Of a stretch of DNA of 64,000 nucleotides, positions 39,401 to 53,250 are shown one piece after another. This DNA is from Paragordius varius (taxonomy: Eukaryota > Animalia > Nematomorpha). The position numbers and the translations under genes are program-made. The notes below the pieces were generated by a model. The model made no database searches. It saw only the letters and a program-made list of their open reading frames with translations, and was not told the origin of the DNA. The stretch is taken from assembly GCA_964247055.1 (NCBI GenBank), contig OZ176058.1:1922001-1986000 (forward strand), read 5' to 3'. Positions within the stretch are counted from its first letter, which is position 1. Every line of letters begins with the position of its first letter.

Positions 39401-42400
39401 CCGTTTTTCATACGGGGTGGGCCCGAACTGGAGGCCTATTTCAAAAAAAGGGCGAAGCTATTGTCGGGACATTTATTAATGATTATATTTTTTCGATATT
39501 TGGATTTGATTGGGTCTACCGGTTTTCCTGTACCAGATCACAAAGCCAGCATTTTCCATTTTTATAAATATATAGATGAGGATAAATAATGTATTAATAT
39601 CCATATATCTTTTAACATGCTATGCATATGATAGATACTCCTTACTCAGCATCTATCATCAAAGAAACGCTTGACTAAAAATTTGCCTTTTAACAGGCAA
39701 TACGAAAAATCTTTCTCGAATTTTTACAGTCTCATACCGTGGACAAAAAAATACAATCAAAAAAATATTTTTGTGGACTTTGTTTTTTTTTTGAAAAAAA
39801 TGGCATTTTACGGGGGGAGCGGGTAAAAAGAGGGCCTAAATCAAAAAAGTGACTCGACTATGTTCGGCGCAATCGAAAATAAGTAAACAAAAATCATATT
39901 TGAAATCGAATGGTCCAACACGTTCTCCGGAAAATTGTCTCAAAAACACGATTTTGTGGACTTCTGTTTTCAAAAAAAACCCGTTTTTCATACGGGGTGG
40001 GCCCGAACTGGAGGCCTATTTCAAAAAAAGGGCGAAGCTATTGTCGGGACATTTATTAATGATTATATTTTTTCGATATTTGGATTTGATTGGGTCTACC
40101 GGTTTTCCTGTACCAGATCACAAAGCCAGCATTTTCCATTTTTATAAATATATAGATGAGGATAAATAATGTATTAATATCCATATATCTTTTAACATGC
40201 TATGCATATGATAGATACTCCTTACTCAGCATCTATCATCAAAGAAACGCTTGACTAAAAATTTGCCTTTTAACAGGCAATACGAAAAATCTTTCTCGAA
40301 TTTTTACAGTCTCATACCGTGGACAAAAAATACAATCAAAAAAATATTTTTGTGGACTTTGTTTTTTTTGAAAAAAATGGCATTTTACGGGGGGAGCGGG
40401 TAAAAAGAGGGCCTAAATCAAAAAAGTGACTCGACCATGTTCAGCGCGATCAAAAATAGGTAAACAAAATTCATATTTGAAATTGAATGGTCCAACACGT
40501 TCTCCAAAAAATTGACTTAACCCATTTTTCACACGGGGTGGGCCCGAACTGGGGACCTAATTCCAAAAAAGGGCGAAGCTATTGTCGAGGCATTCATTTG
40601 TGATTATATTTTTTCGATATTTGGATTTGATTGGGATCACCGGTTTTCCGGAAACAGATCACAAAGTTATATGAAAAATCAGTTTTTAGCGGGTAGCTCC
40701 TTACCCAGCAGCTATCATCAAATAAACGGTGGACTAAAATTTTTGCCTTTTAACAGGGAATACGTGGAATCTTTATTGAATTTTTAAGGTCTCATACCTA
40801 GGACGAAAAATCGATTTAAAAAATATTTTTGTGGACTTTGTTTTTTTTTTGAAAAAAATGGCATTTTACGGGGGGAGCGGGTAAAAAGAGGGCCTAAATC
40901 AAAAAAGTGACTCGACTATGTTCGGCGCAATCGAAAATAAGTAAACAAAAATCATATTTGAAATTGAATGGTCCAACACGTTCTCCGGAAAATTGTCTCA
41001 AAAACACGATTTTGTGGACTTCTGTTTTCAAAAAAAACCCGTTTTTCATACGGGGTGGGCCCGAACTGGAGGCCTATTTCAAAAAAAGGGCGAAGCTATT
41101 GTCGGGACATTTATTAATGATTATATTTTTTCGATATTTGGATTTGATTGGGTCTACCGGTTTTCCTGTACCAGATCACAAAGCCAGCATTTTCCATTTT
41201 TATAAATATATAGATGAGGATAAATAATGTATTAATATCCATATATCTTTTAACATGCTATGCATATGATAGATACTCCTTACTCAGCATCTATCATCAA
41301 AGAAACGCTTGACTAAAAATTTGCCTTTTAACAGGCAATACGAAAAATCTTTCTCGAATTTTTACAGTCTCATACCGTGGACAAAAAAATACAATCAAAA
41401 AAATATTTTTGTGGACTTTGTTTTTTTTTTGAAAAAAATGGCATTTTACGGGGGGAGCGGGTAAAAAGAGGGCCTAAATCAAAAAAGTGACTCGACTATG
41501 TTCGGCGCAATCGAAAATAAGTAAACAAAAATCATATTTGAAATCGAATGGTCCAACACGTTCTCCGGAAAATTGTCTCAAAAACACGATTTTGTGGACT
41601 TCTGTTTTCAAAAAAAACCCGTTTTTCATACGGGGTGGGCCCGAACTGGAGGCCTATTTCAAAAAAAGGGCGAAGCTATTGTCGGGACATTTATTAATGA
41701 TTATATTTTTTCGATATTTGGATTTGATTGGGTCTACCGGTTTTCCTGTACCAGATCACAAAGCCAGCATTTTCCATTTTTATAAATATATAGATGAGGA
41801 TAAATAATGTATTAATATCCATATATCTTTTAACATGCTATGCATATGATAGATACTCCTTACTCAGCATCTATCATCAAAGAAACGCTTGACTAAAAAT
41901 TTGCCTTTTAACAGGCAATACGAAAAATCTTTCTCGAATTTTTACAGTCTCATACCGTGGACAAAAAATACAATCAAAAAAATATTTTTGTGGACTTTGT
42001 TTTTTTTGAAAAAAATGGCATTTTACGGGGGGAGCGGGTAAAAAGAGGGCCTAAATCAAAAAAGTGACTCGACCATGTTCAGCGCGATCAAAAATAGGTA
42101 AACAAAATTCATATTTGAAATTGAATGGTCCAACACGTTCTCCAAAAAATTGACTTAACCCATTTTTCACACGGGGTGGGCCCGAACTGGGGACCTAATT
42201 CCAAAAAAGGGCGAAGCTATTGTCGAGGCATTCATTTGTGATTATATTTTTTCGATATTTGGATTTGATTGGGATCACCGGTTTTCCGGAAACAGATCAC
42301 AAAGTTATATGAAAAATCAGTTTTTAGCGGGTAGCTCCTTACCCAGCAGCTATCATCAAATAAACGGTGGACTAAAATTTTTGCCTTTTAACAGGGAATA

Positions 42401-45374
42401 CGTGGAATCTTTATTGAATTTTTAAGGTCTCATACCTAGGACGAAAAATCGATTTAAAAAATATTTTTGTGGACTTTGTTTTTTTTTTGAAAAAAATGGC
42501 ATTTTACGGGGGGAGCGGGTAAAAAGAGGGCCTAAATCAAAAAAGTGACTCGACTATGTTCGGCGCAATCGAAAATAAGTAAACAAAAATCATATTTGAA
42601 ATTGAATGGTCCAACACGTTCTCCGGAAAATTGTCTCAAAAACACGATTTTGTGGACTTCTGTTTTCAAAAAAAACCCGTTTTTCATACGGGGTGGGCCC
42701 GAACTGGAGGCCTATTTCAAAAAAAGGGCGAAGCTATTGTCGGGACATTTATTAATGATTATATTTTTTCGATATTTGGATTTGATTGGGTCTACCGGTT
42801 TTCCTGTACCAGATCACAAAGCCAGCATTTTCCATTTTTATAAATATATAGATTATTTTTTCAGTTTTAAACAAAATTTTATTTAATATAGGTATTTTTT
42901 AATTTTACAAAACATATATTTTATTTGAGGATAAAACTTGAATTGTTTGAGAATAAATTTTAATTGTTCCAGGGTGAATTTGAATTTTTTAGGGTGAATT
43001 TGAATTAAATTATAAACGTAATAAAATAAATCTTAAAATTTGTTGGAAATATCAAGTAGATTGTTTTGATAACACTATAATATTATTGGAATGTAAAAAT
43101 TAAAAAACAGTCAAACATACTTTTTTAACCCTCAATTCTTATATGTAAAAAAAAAATTAAAATTTTAAAGACAAAACGTAAATACTAACAATATACAAGT
43201 AAATTTTTTTTAACCTTAATAAGTCTCTTGAATATATGCAAAGATTATATTTTTAAAAGGCAAAACGTAAAAAATTAATAATAAAAGAGGGAGATAAATT
43301 CTATATATACTTAATTCTTGCTGATAAAATACAGTAAAATTGAAATTATATATGGGCAGAATGTAAAATTATAAAGACAAATATTGTTTTCTAAAAGACA
43401 ACCATTCATCTTAAATCTTATTTTATAAGTTTTAAATTAAAGTATGAAAAAAAGTTGTATATAACACAATTAATTCAATATTTTACATTTGTAATATTTA
43501 TACAATCTTTTGAATGTAATATTTATCTTTACACTTTTACGTTTTTTCTGTATATAATTTCAATTTTTATTGTAGATGTATGGTTTAAAATTTATAAAAA
43601 AGAATTAGCTTTCGGAATCCAAAAATAATTTGGGTTTCTCTCATATTTTGGGAATAAAAAAAACTTTGCTGTAAAATTATTATCTGTTTAATAATAATGT
43701 ATATGACAAAAAATATTTTATTTATTATAATGACTAAATACTTGTTATAAAAAGTTGGCAAATAAATGATTATAATTTTGGATTACTGGATAAAACCAAG
43801 TTTAATGCCATATCCAATTTATAATTATATATAAGATTGTTTACTGAAATATGCATAGGAGATTAAATAAAATTGGTTATATTTCAGAATCCTTTATTGT
43901 CCATATATATTTTGGGCATTTATTAAATTTTATGATTTAAAAATAGGTAAAATATAAAAAACTATATAGTGTATTCAGTTAAAAGCAACGTTTTTCAAAC
44001 CGCAAAAAATAATTGATTAACTTTTTGGAGTTTAATTCTATTTTTTTAATCTATCGTAGTTACGCATAAAATACAATTCGAACACCGGAAACAAAACTGT
44101 GTTTAATCGGGTTTCGACAAAAAAACTTTATAAAAATGGGTTGTTTATAGCTTAAACTGAATTTAAAAAAACCCTAAATATAAGTAAAAAACAAAATCAA
44201 AATCGGTGGAAAGTTGTTAAAGATTAGTTTGGTGACACCGTTTCGATTTCGACAAAGAAATGCTATGAAATTAGCTTATATAGCAAATTTAAAAATTGGA
44301 ACCTTTTAAAATTGTTAAAATTTAAATTTTCTAGTGTGGAAATCGATTTTAGCTCATGGGTATATATTATTATTTCTTTATTATTTTTCTTTAAGGTATT
44401 AAATTTATTAATTGAATTTTTGTGTATAGTTTTTGAAAAAATTATTAACCGTGAATACTAATACAAACCTAGGATAACCTAGATATCAAAAATAAAATCT
44501 TAACTAATTTGCACAATATTAACTAGTTTTTTGGAAAAAAAACGGTTTAAAATGACCTAAAATAAACTTAAAAACAATCAAAACAATTTATTATTAAGAT
44601 TCATCAAATTAATATTAATTTTTACATAACGCTTTCAGAGTTACGTTAAGAAACTGAAATATCCAATATCATATATAAATTGGTCGAATTTTTTTCAAAT
44701 CTAGTCGGGCTCGAATTAAGTTTACATTTTCTTAAAAAAAACTAACTTTTAAATTACAACTCAGATCACTCAAACTAAAAAATAAAATTTTATTTTCTAA
44801 AAAAATAAACAATATAATAAATAATTTTATTTTAAATATTGTTGTTAAAATCCGTAATGTAACGATAAAGGATAATTAAATAGAAAATAATCCGTTAATT
44901 ACCATTACAATTTTATATTAAATTCACATAAAAATGTTAAAACACTAATCAATAACATTTTTTTTGGAAAAAATATTTATTAAATAAAAAAAATAAGAAA
45001 ATCATACCTGGTTTCACGTTTTCAATCACAAATATAATATTGTTAATGATTGAATCATGTTGTATTGTTAAATTATCATTATTATTAGCTAAGATTGCTG
45101 AATTTTTACCATTTTGAGATATTTTGGAAAATTCTAAATTTTCGTTTTCATGCAGGAAAGATAAAAATTTCCGACAAATACTAAATCCAAATTCCATTTC
45201 ACCATTTTGAAGTTGAAGAGTGCAAATTTTAACATTTTTATTTTTTTCAATATTTTCCTTTTTGATATCATCAGTAATTAAATAATTTTCCATATTTTGT
45301 TCATTCGAATTATTGCAATTATTATTATTGGGATTTTTGGAATAATTTGATGGATCTTTGTAAATCATTACCAT
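30474..45374 (-). CDS. PDZ-domain protein with a long Asn/Lys-rich low-complexity C-terminal region, ~740 aa; exons 45374-45008, 34495-34340, 33064-31449, 30554-30474
   Basis: Exons 1 and 2 join to give KICTLQLQNGEMEFGFSI...IIFVIENVKPG|SCAERAGLRNGDQLIALNGEQL...LKSIKNALIQASYLGCVVLTV, a PDZ pattern. Phases 1,1,0. The 522-aa ORF is exon 3 (ends AAA|GTGAGT). Terminal exon YTHKWPSLFELERMELAKLHQQTILS*. An in-frame TGA precedes ATG 45374; an acceptor at 45395 suggests an upstream UTR exon. Confidence 0.8.
35091..42852 (-). mobile_element. Non-autonomous Helitron, 7.76 kb, filled by a tandem array, in intron 1 of the PDZ gene
   Basis: Minus strand: A|TCTATATATTTATAAAA at 42852 (5'-TC) ... GC hairpin ctcg-g-gctgc-gta-gcagc-a-cgag (35102-35124), 7 nt, CTAG|T at 35091. 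Gives AT target, no TSD, TC...CTRR termini. A second hairpin lies at 35125-35141. No RepHel ORF. Confidence 0.85.
35160..42852. repeat. Higher-order tandem array of A (580-581 bp) and B (~478 bp) units, order partial-A,A,A,B,A,B,A,B,A,A,B,A,A,B,A
   Basis: Repeated ORF starts at 35514, 36095, 37153, 38211, 39269, 39849, 40907, 41487, 42545 (spacings 581, 1058, 1058, 1058, 580, 1058, 580, 1058). Units are nearly identical. Confidence 0.95.
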
Positions 45375-48300
45375 TTTTCAGGTTTTAGAATGTGCTAGAA
45401 AAATTTAAAATATGATTTGTTAAAATAGCATATTAAAAACAATATAAAAATATAAAATGACAATATTACTAGTTTGGAATTCACAAAAGGAAAAATACAA
45501 ATAAAAAGTTTGAATTCAAAAAAATATAAATTAATTATGAAAATATATAAAAAAAATTTTTATCAGTGAAAAAAATAATTAACTTGCAAAATAGGGTAAA
45601 ACACTTAAAAAATTGTTTTTTTATTGAAAATACAGGTGGAAACAAATCAATAAAATATATTTATTTTCAATGTCATGATTAGTAATATATATATATATAT
45701 ATATTATCCATATAATTTGTTAATAAGATTAATTATTAATAAATTTTTTACGCCCATATTTTATTTTTGAAAAAATATTTTATTACTGTAGCATATGTTA
45801 TAATAAAAAAGTTTGACACAATTATAATCGAATTTATTTTAATACATAGGAAGTAAAATGTTTAATTTAAACCGCGTGTTGTTTGTTCCCATACGCGACT
45901 GTAAATAAGATTTATATTTTTTTATATAATAGTGTTTTCCACATATCTCCTGTATAAAAATATTATGTTAAAAATTATTTTTTACTGAAATTAAAATATT
46001 TATAAATTATATATATAAAGCTTCTAGAACTCGATACAAACACCTGATGTTTAACGAAAAAATGTGCCAATTTCGATTTTATACATTTACAGTAATTTAA
46101 TTTTTTTCATCTTAATAAATATATTTTAGTGATTAAATGAATATATTAGGACATATTTAAGCGACAAAAAATTAAAATTTTACAATTTTAAAAATATAAC
46201 TTTTCTAGCTAGGTTACAGAATATATATTGATAATTTAAATTTATATTATAAATATTATTTTAGAAATCGACCAGGGGTAAAAAATTATTTTAAAGTTTT
46301 TTTTTATAAACAATTTCCGACAAAATTACAGTAAAAACTGAAATTATACGGACAAAAAGGTAAAAATATAAAGACATAGATTTATTTCTAAAAGACAACC
46401 ATACTTTTTAAATCTTAATTTTTTTAATATAACTCATGTTTTAAATGGCAAAGTGTGAAATAGAGAGAGATATATATATATATATGACTAACCCAATCAA
46501 TTCTATATTTTGGGAAACATTAAGGTTTAAAAAGTATGGTTGTCTTTTTGAACCAAAAAATATCTGTCTTTATATTTTTACGTTTTGTCCATTATAATAC
46601 CATTTACAGTTCAAATTCACCCTTGAACAATTCAAATTCAGAACAATTCAAATTCACCCTCGAACAATTCGATTCACTCTAAAAATAAATTATGAAATTT
46701 CGGTCTAATATAACTCATCAATATAGATAAATATATTTTTATGGCAAAGTTTATTATTTTTTCAGTATTGTTTTGATTACATACAAAGTTTCTTTTTTAC
46801 AAAATATAAAAAAATATAAATATTTTTTAATCTTAAAAAACACATAATTTATTTTAGGGTGAATTTGAATTGTTCGAAGGTGAATTTGAATTGTTCAAGG
46901 TTTGAATTTGAATTGTTCAAGGGTGAACTTGAATTGTTTAAGGGTGAATTTGAGCTGTAAATGGTATATATGGGCATTCAAGAATATTTTATTAGATTTC
47001 CTTTATAAAACTGTAAAATGCAAAAACAAATACCACAATTTTTTATGTTTTGTTGTTAATTTTTACTAATATATTAAATTTGGATTTTCTAAATTTTTAG
47101 CGGGCCGCATATGTTGAACACCCTCGGTCTAAAATGTACCTTTATCAAAAACTTTAATCCAAATTTGTCCTTTAAAAATTTAATTTAAGGTTTCTTAAGA
47201 TTTGTATTACGTTTTTTTAACTGTTCTTGGATTTTGGTATATACCATTTACAATTCTAATCACCCTCGAAACAATTCAAATTCACCCTAAAAATAATTAA
47301 TTTGTTTTAGGGCATCTAATATAACTCATCATTTATATGTAATAGTTTATGGCATAGTTTATTCAGTATTATATCAATTTTAAACATTATAAAAAAATAT
47401 AGGTAATATTTAATGTTAAAAAACACAAAATTTATTTTAGAGTGAATTTGAACTTTAAATGGTATAAAAAATATAATCTAAAATCCATTGATTTATATTC
47501 TATTATAACACATTGATAAAAATAATTAGAAGAGCTATGTTTAAAGAGTATTAAAAATCTAATTTATATAATTTCTATTTTTGAAGTTTATTTTTTGCCA
47601 CTAAATTTTAAAGCTTACATCCTTCTATGAGCAATCAATTATAATTAAAAGCCTAAAAAAATGCATCATTAATACAAAATTTTAAAAATATCGATTATCT
47701 TTTTATTTATTAACGAGATATTTAGAAAAAGCATCAGTTTTTAATCTTAACTTTAATATTTTGTTTTGCTATATTTATTATATAATTTTTAAACGGTATA
47801 TTAAATTAATTGTCGGTTTCAAAAACAATATAAAAGTTATATGGATTTTTTGCAGAATACATATGTTTTTTTTTAAAAAAAGTTACTTAAATTACCAAAT
47901 AATTGTTCGAAAACTTAATTTTATATGACATAAAATTATTTAAATAATGTTTTTTTAAATAATGTTTTTTTAAATAATTTTTTATAAATGTAGAGATATT
48001 TTAGCACCTGTCTCTAATTTAAAAATTAATATTTATCAAAAAAAAGGTTTAATCAATAAATTAATAAGTATAAAATTTTAAGCGAAAATATATAATTATA
48101 AAATAATTTAAATACAATTATATATAAAAAATAAATTACCTGTGGTGTGGTATTGATGGTTACATATTAGAGAAATCAAAATAAATTTAAATGATTTTCA
48201 TGATTTCGAAAAATATATTTTTTTAAACATAAAGAATCCAGATAATGAAAGAATCTTTAAAAAGCGAACAAAATAAAAAATACTAAATTAATTAGAAAAA

Positions 48301-51300
48301 ATTTATATATATATTGCAAATTTAACGTTAAACAGATATTAATATATATATATATATATATATTAGTTAATATATAAGATATACGAAAAATCAAATAAAA
48401 AAGTATAAAAAACAAAAAATATAGAGCATAAAACAGGTGATTGTGTTTTCTTAGGTAAATTTTTTTTTGTATAAAAACTAATTTTTTGACATGAATGTGA
48501 ATAGTACAGTAGCGTATGATATTAAAGAACAAATAGTTGAAAATAAATGTAAATGTTAATAATGTGACAAAGAAAATGTTCAATTTCTACCCTTGTTTTG
48601 TTTGTTACTATACACAACTGTATTTTATAAAAATAAAAAATGATAAAAAGAGAAAGTCATTTATGTAAAGACGTCTTCAAAATAAAAAAATATTTTTCAC
48701 GTAAAAATAATAATTATTTTGACATATATTCAATTAGTAGTAATAATAATTGACAAAAATTTTACAAATATGTTATTTATATTTGATATTTTTTTATAAA
48801 ATTTTTATTTTTTATATTTGTGATAATTCATATTACATTCAATATTTTCTTTTGATTAAGTTAATTAAATTAACCACAAAACTTGCTTTGATAAATAAAA
48901 TATTCTTTTATAAAGATTCAAATAAGATTAATACAAATAATTGTTAAATGATTTTACACATATTTTAAGTTATTATGTCAATTTTTGAAATTTTTTTTAA
49001 AATTATAAACTATATACCTATAATTCCTCTAAAAGGAGTTGAATACTTCAGCCATAAAAATGAGAATTAACTATTCTTTTTTCGAAAAATATATATTTCC
49101 ATTTTAAATGTAGGTTTAATATGTTTCTAATATTTTTGGAGATTAAAAAGGTTGGTAGGTAGGTAGGTAATTCGTTAGGTGGAGTTTGATTCCTTAGAAT
49201 TCCTTCCTTACAGTATTCTGCCATCTTAACATCAGTCTTTCTTTATTTTTTCCAAAAATGAAATTATTCTAAGAAATGTACTTATTAAAATGTAACACTA
49301 AAGTGACCAGATAGGCTGTTTTTCGCAGTACAGTACTGGATTTTTAGAAAAAAACTGCGACTGTACTGCGCTCACTTTTGTACTGCTTTTTGAAATTAAA
49401 AATAATTACTTATGAATATATATTAATTACCTTTTTTAAAAAAAATTATTTTATAATTTAGTACCCTCTGTAAAAATAAACCCATAATTTGTAAACATAT
49501 TGGTCATTTTGTAATAAAAAACTAAGATTGGCCTATTTTGAATTGGTTAATATTTTGTTTTTTGCTCGAATTATACATAAAATTGGATTTTGAATCGGTC
49601 AAACCTTATCATTGTAGCCTTTCGCACATTGGCAAAAATATAAATCTCGGGCTCCACCGTAAGATTCAGGCTAATGGCTCTTTCACTCAGGACTTCCGCA
49701 AATAAAGGTGTCTCAAAATTTAAAATTAACAAAATTAATTTATGATATTTTAATAAATGTTTGATCATGGTTAGAATCATTTTTTGTTAAAATTATTAAA
49801 CGGAAATAGAAAATTGTTATCTCCGTAACTTATATTAAAAATTTATTATTATGGCATATGATTTTGAAATAACCTTTTTTTTCTTAAAAATTAAGAGAGT
49901 TACGTTTTCTATTCTTATTAGGTGTCAGGTATGATACTTAACTTTTTTCCTAAACTTTATGTTTATTAGTTTTCTGATTTTTAACAAATTTGAGATATTT
50001 TGTTGAATACTTCTAACAGTTCTGAATGATGGACATGGTTCGCTTTAAGATATAATAAAACCCTTTTTCTAAATAATTCGATGTTGAACATAGGGTTTTA
50101 ATTTAAAGGTAATTTTGGTGAATTTTTGTAAAAAAACACCATTTTTATTTAACCTAAATTTGAAAACGAACGAATATTTTAATTAACATTTTGAGAAATT
50201 AGCATTATCGAATTATAAAAAAATGTTAGAACAACCGTTTATATCGTTTCCATCATGCTGAAATTAGAATGTAGTATGCTTCAACAAAGTTTGCTAAAAA
50301 TCAAATTTTTGGAGGTATGCATTTTTTAAAAAATATATTTAGTTGATATCAAAATTTAGCATATATAAAACTATTGCATATCTCGGAATTTTTGCGATTA
50401 TTTTAAGAGAACAGTAGTTTTAAGAGAGCCAAAAATTTGGGACTTTCAGAGCCCACATATAAAAACTTCCAAAAGTACCATGATAATCCCGATATTTTCC
50501 TAACAGAGTATATATATTTCATCTGGAAGGTTTTTGTGGAAACTGTCTTATATACCACACCTATGGTGTAGACACAGCCAAAGTATGTTTTAATTTTGTA
50601 CTGCGCTTAAGTTTAAAATATCTAGTCACATTATGTAACACCAATGTAGGTGAACTTTCTTTTTATTATATAGCTTCCATAAATTTTTTTACGATACGAT
50701 TTGAATATGGGTTTTAAACTATCTGAGCAAACTTTCGTAAAATATAGACATAATCAATATTTTAATTTTTTGTGCAAAATATTTTAATTTATAATTAATT
50801 GTTTTTCACAGAACAAGTAATTCGATCATTAAATATATATTTTTAACATTTTAAAGTATGAAACTAAGTATACTATGCTAGAAAGTTAATAATTATTCTT
50901 AAATAGCATATGCAGCAAAGAGATTTTATTTTGGGGCTAATATACCATTTACAGTTTAAATTCACCCTTAAACAATTCAAATTCACCCTTGAACAATTCA
51001 AATTCACACTCGAACAATTCAAATTTACCCTAAAATAAATTATGTGTTTTTTAAGATTATATATTAGCTATATTTTTTATATTTATAAAAAAAAGAAATT
51101 TTGTGTGTAATCAAAATAATACTGAAAAAATAATAAACTTTGCCATAAAAATATATTTAATTTTAATGATGAGTAATATTATACGGAAGTTTCATAATTT
51201 ATTTTTAGGGTGAATTTGAATTGTTCAAGGGTGAATTCGAATTGTTTAAGGGTGAATTTGAACTGTAAATGGTATATATACTTACTGTAAGTACAATATA

Positions 51301-52448
51301 GAATGAATATATTTGAGTGTATAACCAATTTACATCTGTACCAACATAAAACCAAAAACGATATCATCAAGCAAGGAATCAAAGTTTAAAAAAATATGGT
51401 TGGTTTATTTAATGTTTGACTTTAAATTCTACCTTTAATTTGTAAAATTTCATTTTTTGTTGCATAAGCCTTAAAGTAAACTCTGTAAAAAGAAGTCCAT
51501 TAAATTTTTTTACCTTATTTGAAGGGGGTACTAAAAAATCAACTAATGTGTGTCAAATTTTCAAATAAAAATATGCCGTTATAAAAGGGCCTCAGAATAG
51601 CATTTGCAAATATCGTTTTTTTTTAAATTTCCAAATCTGTAAAATTTATTATGTTTACAAATTATTATTTTTATTTAATTCATAACTATTTAGCGGCTTT
51701 ATAACTCTTAGATACAAAGCTAATAAAATAAAATTTTACAGTATTGTTCATATTTAGTTATTTTTATATCACAATTTCAATATTAAATTTGAACAAAATA
51801 AATCCATAATTTATTTAAATTTTTTTGATATTTTTTGCATTTACATCTAAAAATTAGAGCAAAAAATATTTTAGAAATATATATATATTCTGACAGTTTT
51901 TTTTGGAAAATGAAAGCTTAGGTATTTTAAAGTACAATCTAGTATTAAACTTTCGATTTTTAAAAAAAAGATAATTTCATAATTTTTTAGCTTTATATAT
52001 AAATTAAAAATTTATTTTTTTTAGGAAAAATTATTTTTCTTTAAGGCTATTCACACAAAAAGCATATTATTTACTCTAAGTTATTTTGTAATTAATAATT
52101 AAATTTTAAATTAAAAAGAAATATAATTGGTTAAAAGGGAATTTTATTGGAGATTAGAAAAAATTAAATGTTTGTGACACAGGTAAAATGACATTTTAGC
52201 TTTCTTTTCACCAATTTAATAATCTAAATAACCAATATTGAGTATCTTTATATCAGCTTAAAAAATAATTATGTTTTATTGTATATATTTTTGGTAGCCA
52301 TTTCAAGAATTTTTCAAAATAACTTAAAAATAGTTATAAAAAAGTCAAAATATGTGTTTTTAAAAAAGAATAACTAAAAACCAAGATACTAATCATTGTT
52401 TAAAAAAATGCAAAATACATATAATGATATAAAAATTTCCATCTACAA

Positions 52449-52699
52449 CAGCGGTTCTCCTAACCTTTATTTGTTCTTGCCTTACTGAATGGAAAATGAA
52501 AATCCTTGCGCCCTCCTGTCAAAAAAAACCAAAATAAGTAAAATTTATTATAATATTATAAAATCCCCATCAATGAGATATATATATGCAATTTTTAAAA
52601 TATCTTTCCATATCGGTTACAAAGCTTAATAATTTGCACCGAAAATTCTTTCTGATTTTATTTTTAATTTAATTCTTTATTCGCGCTTGGGAACCAGTG
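52449..52699. mobile_element. hAT-like MITE
   Basis: cagcggttctc ... gggaaccagtg termini with a degenerate 8-bp TSD (atctacaa / ctttacaa, 6 of 8). Confidence 0.5.
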
Positions 52700-53250
52700 C
52701 TTTACAATATCATTCAAAAAAATGTTTAACAGAGATAAGGTAAGTTATCAGAACTCAAAAATATTATATTAATTTAATTTTTGTCATAACACATTTAAAA
52801 TAGGATTACATTTACTTAAAATCCAAATTTTTATTGATTCATATAATTAACATTTATTTTGTAATCATATCATATTCCCAAAAACAACACAAAACCAGGC
52901 GTTAGGTTGTTCAGTTTATACAGTAAAAATTAGAATTGTGCAGACGAAACGTATAACCATAATGAATATTTTTTACAGTAAAACTTATTGTGCAGACGAA
53001 ACTTATAACCATAAAAATATTTTATTTCAAAAGACAACCATACTTTTTAAACCCTTGATATTTACATAAACTATTAAAATATATAATGTAGCGTATTAAT
53101 CTACATTATATATTCCATTATCTGCAATCCAAAAGATAAGTTACAAAAAATCAATTTGAAATATTTGGTTGTCTTTTGAAAAATATATTTGTCTTCATAT
53201 TAAATTAATTTGTCTGTGTAATTTCAATTATTGGATTTTTACAATTTGTC

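Noticed and set aside
35514-42886. Nine 106-113-aa and nine 70-aa ORFs (MTRLCSAQ..., MSQKHDFV...) as a multicopy gene or CRISPR-like array
   Set aside because: They overlap in two frames inside near-identical Helitron repeat units, show no protein motif, and are broken in B units and in the 29.5-kb homolog. There are no unique spacers or cas genes, and the context is eukaryotic.
49170-49240. ATG GCA GAA TAC T|GTAAGG on the minus strand as first coding exon of the PDZ gene
   Set aside because: Joining to the 45394 acceptor or the 48.2-kb segment meets in-frame stops; at most a uORF.
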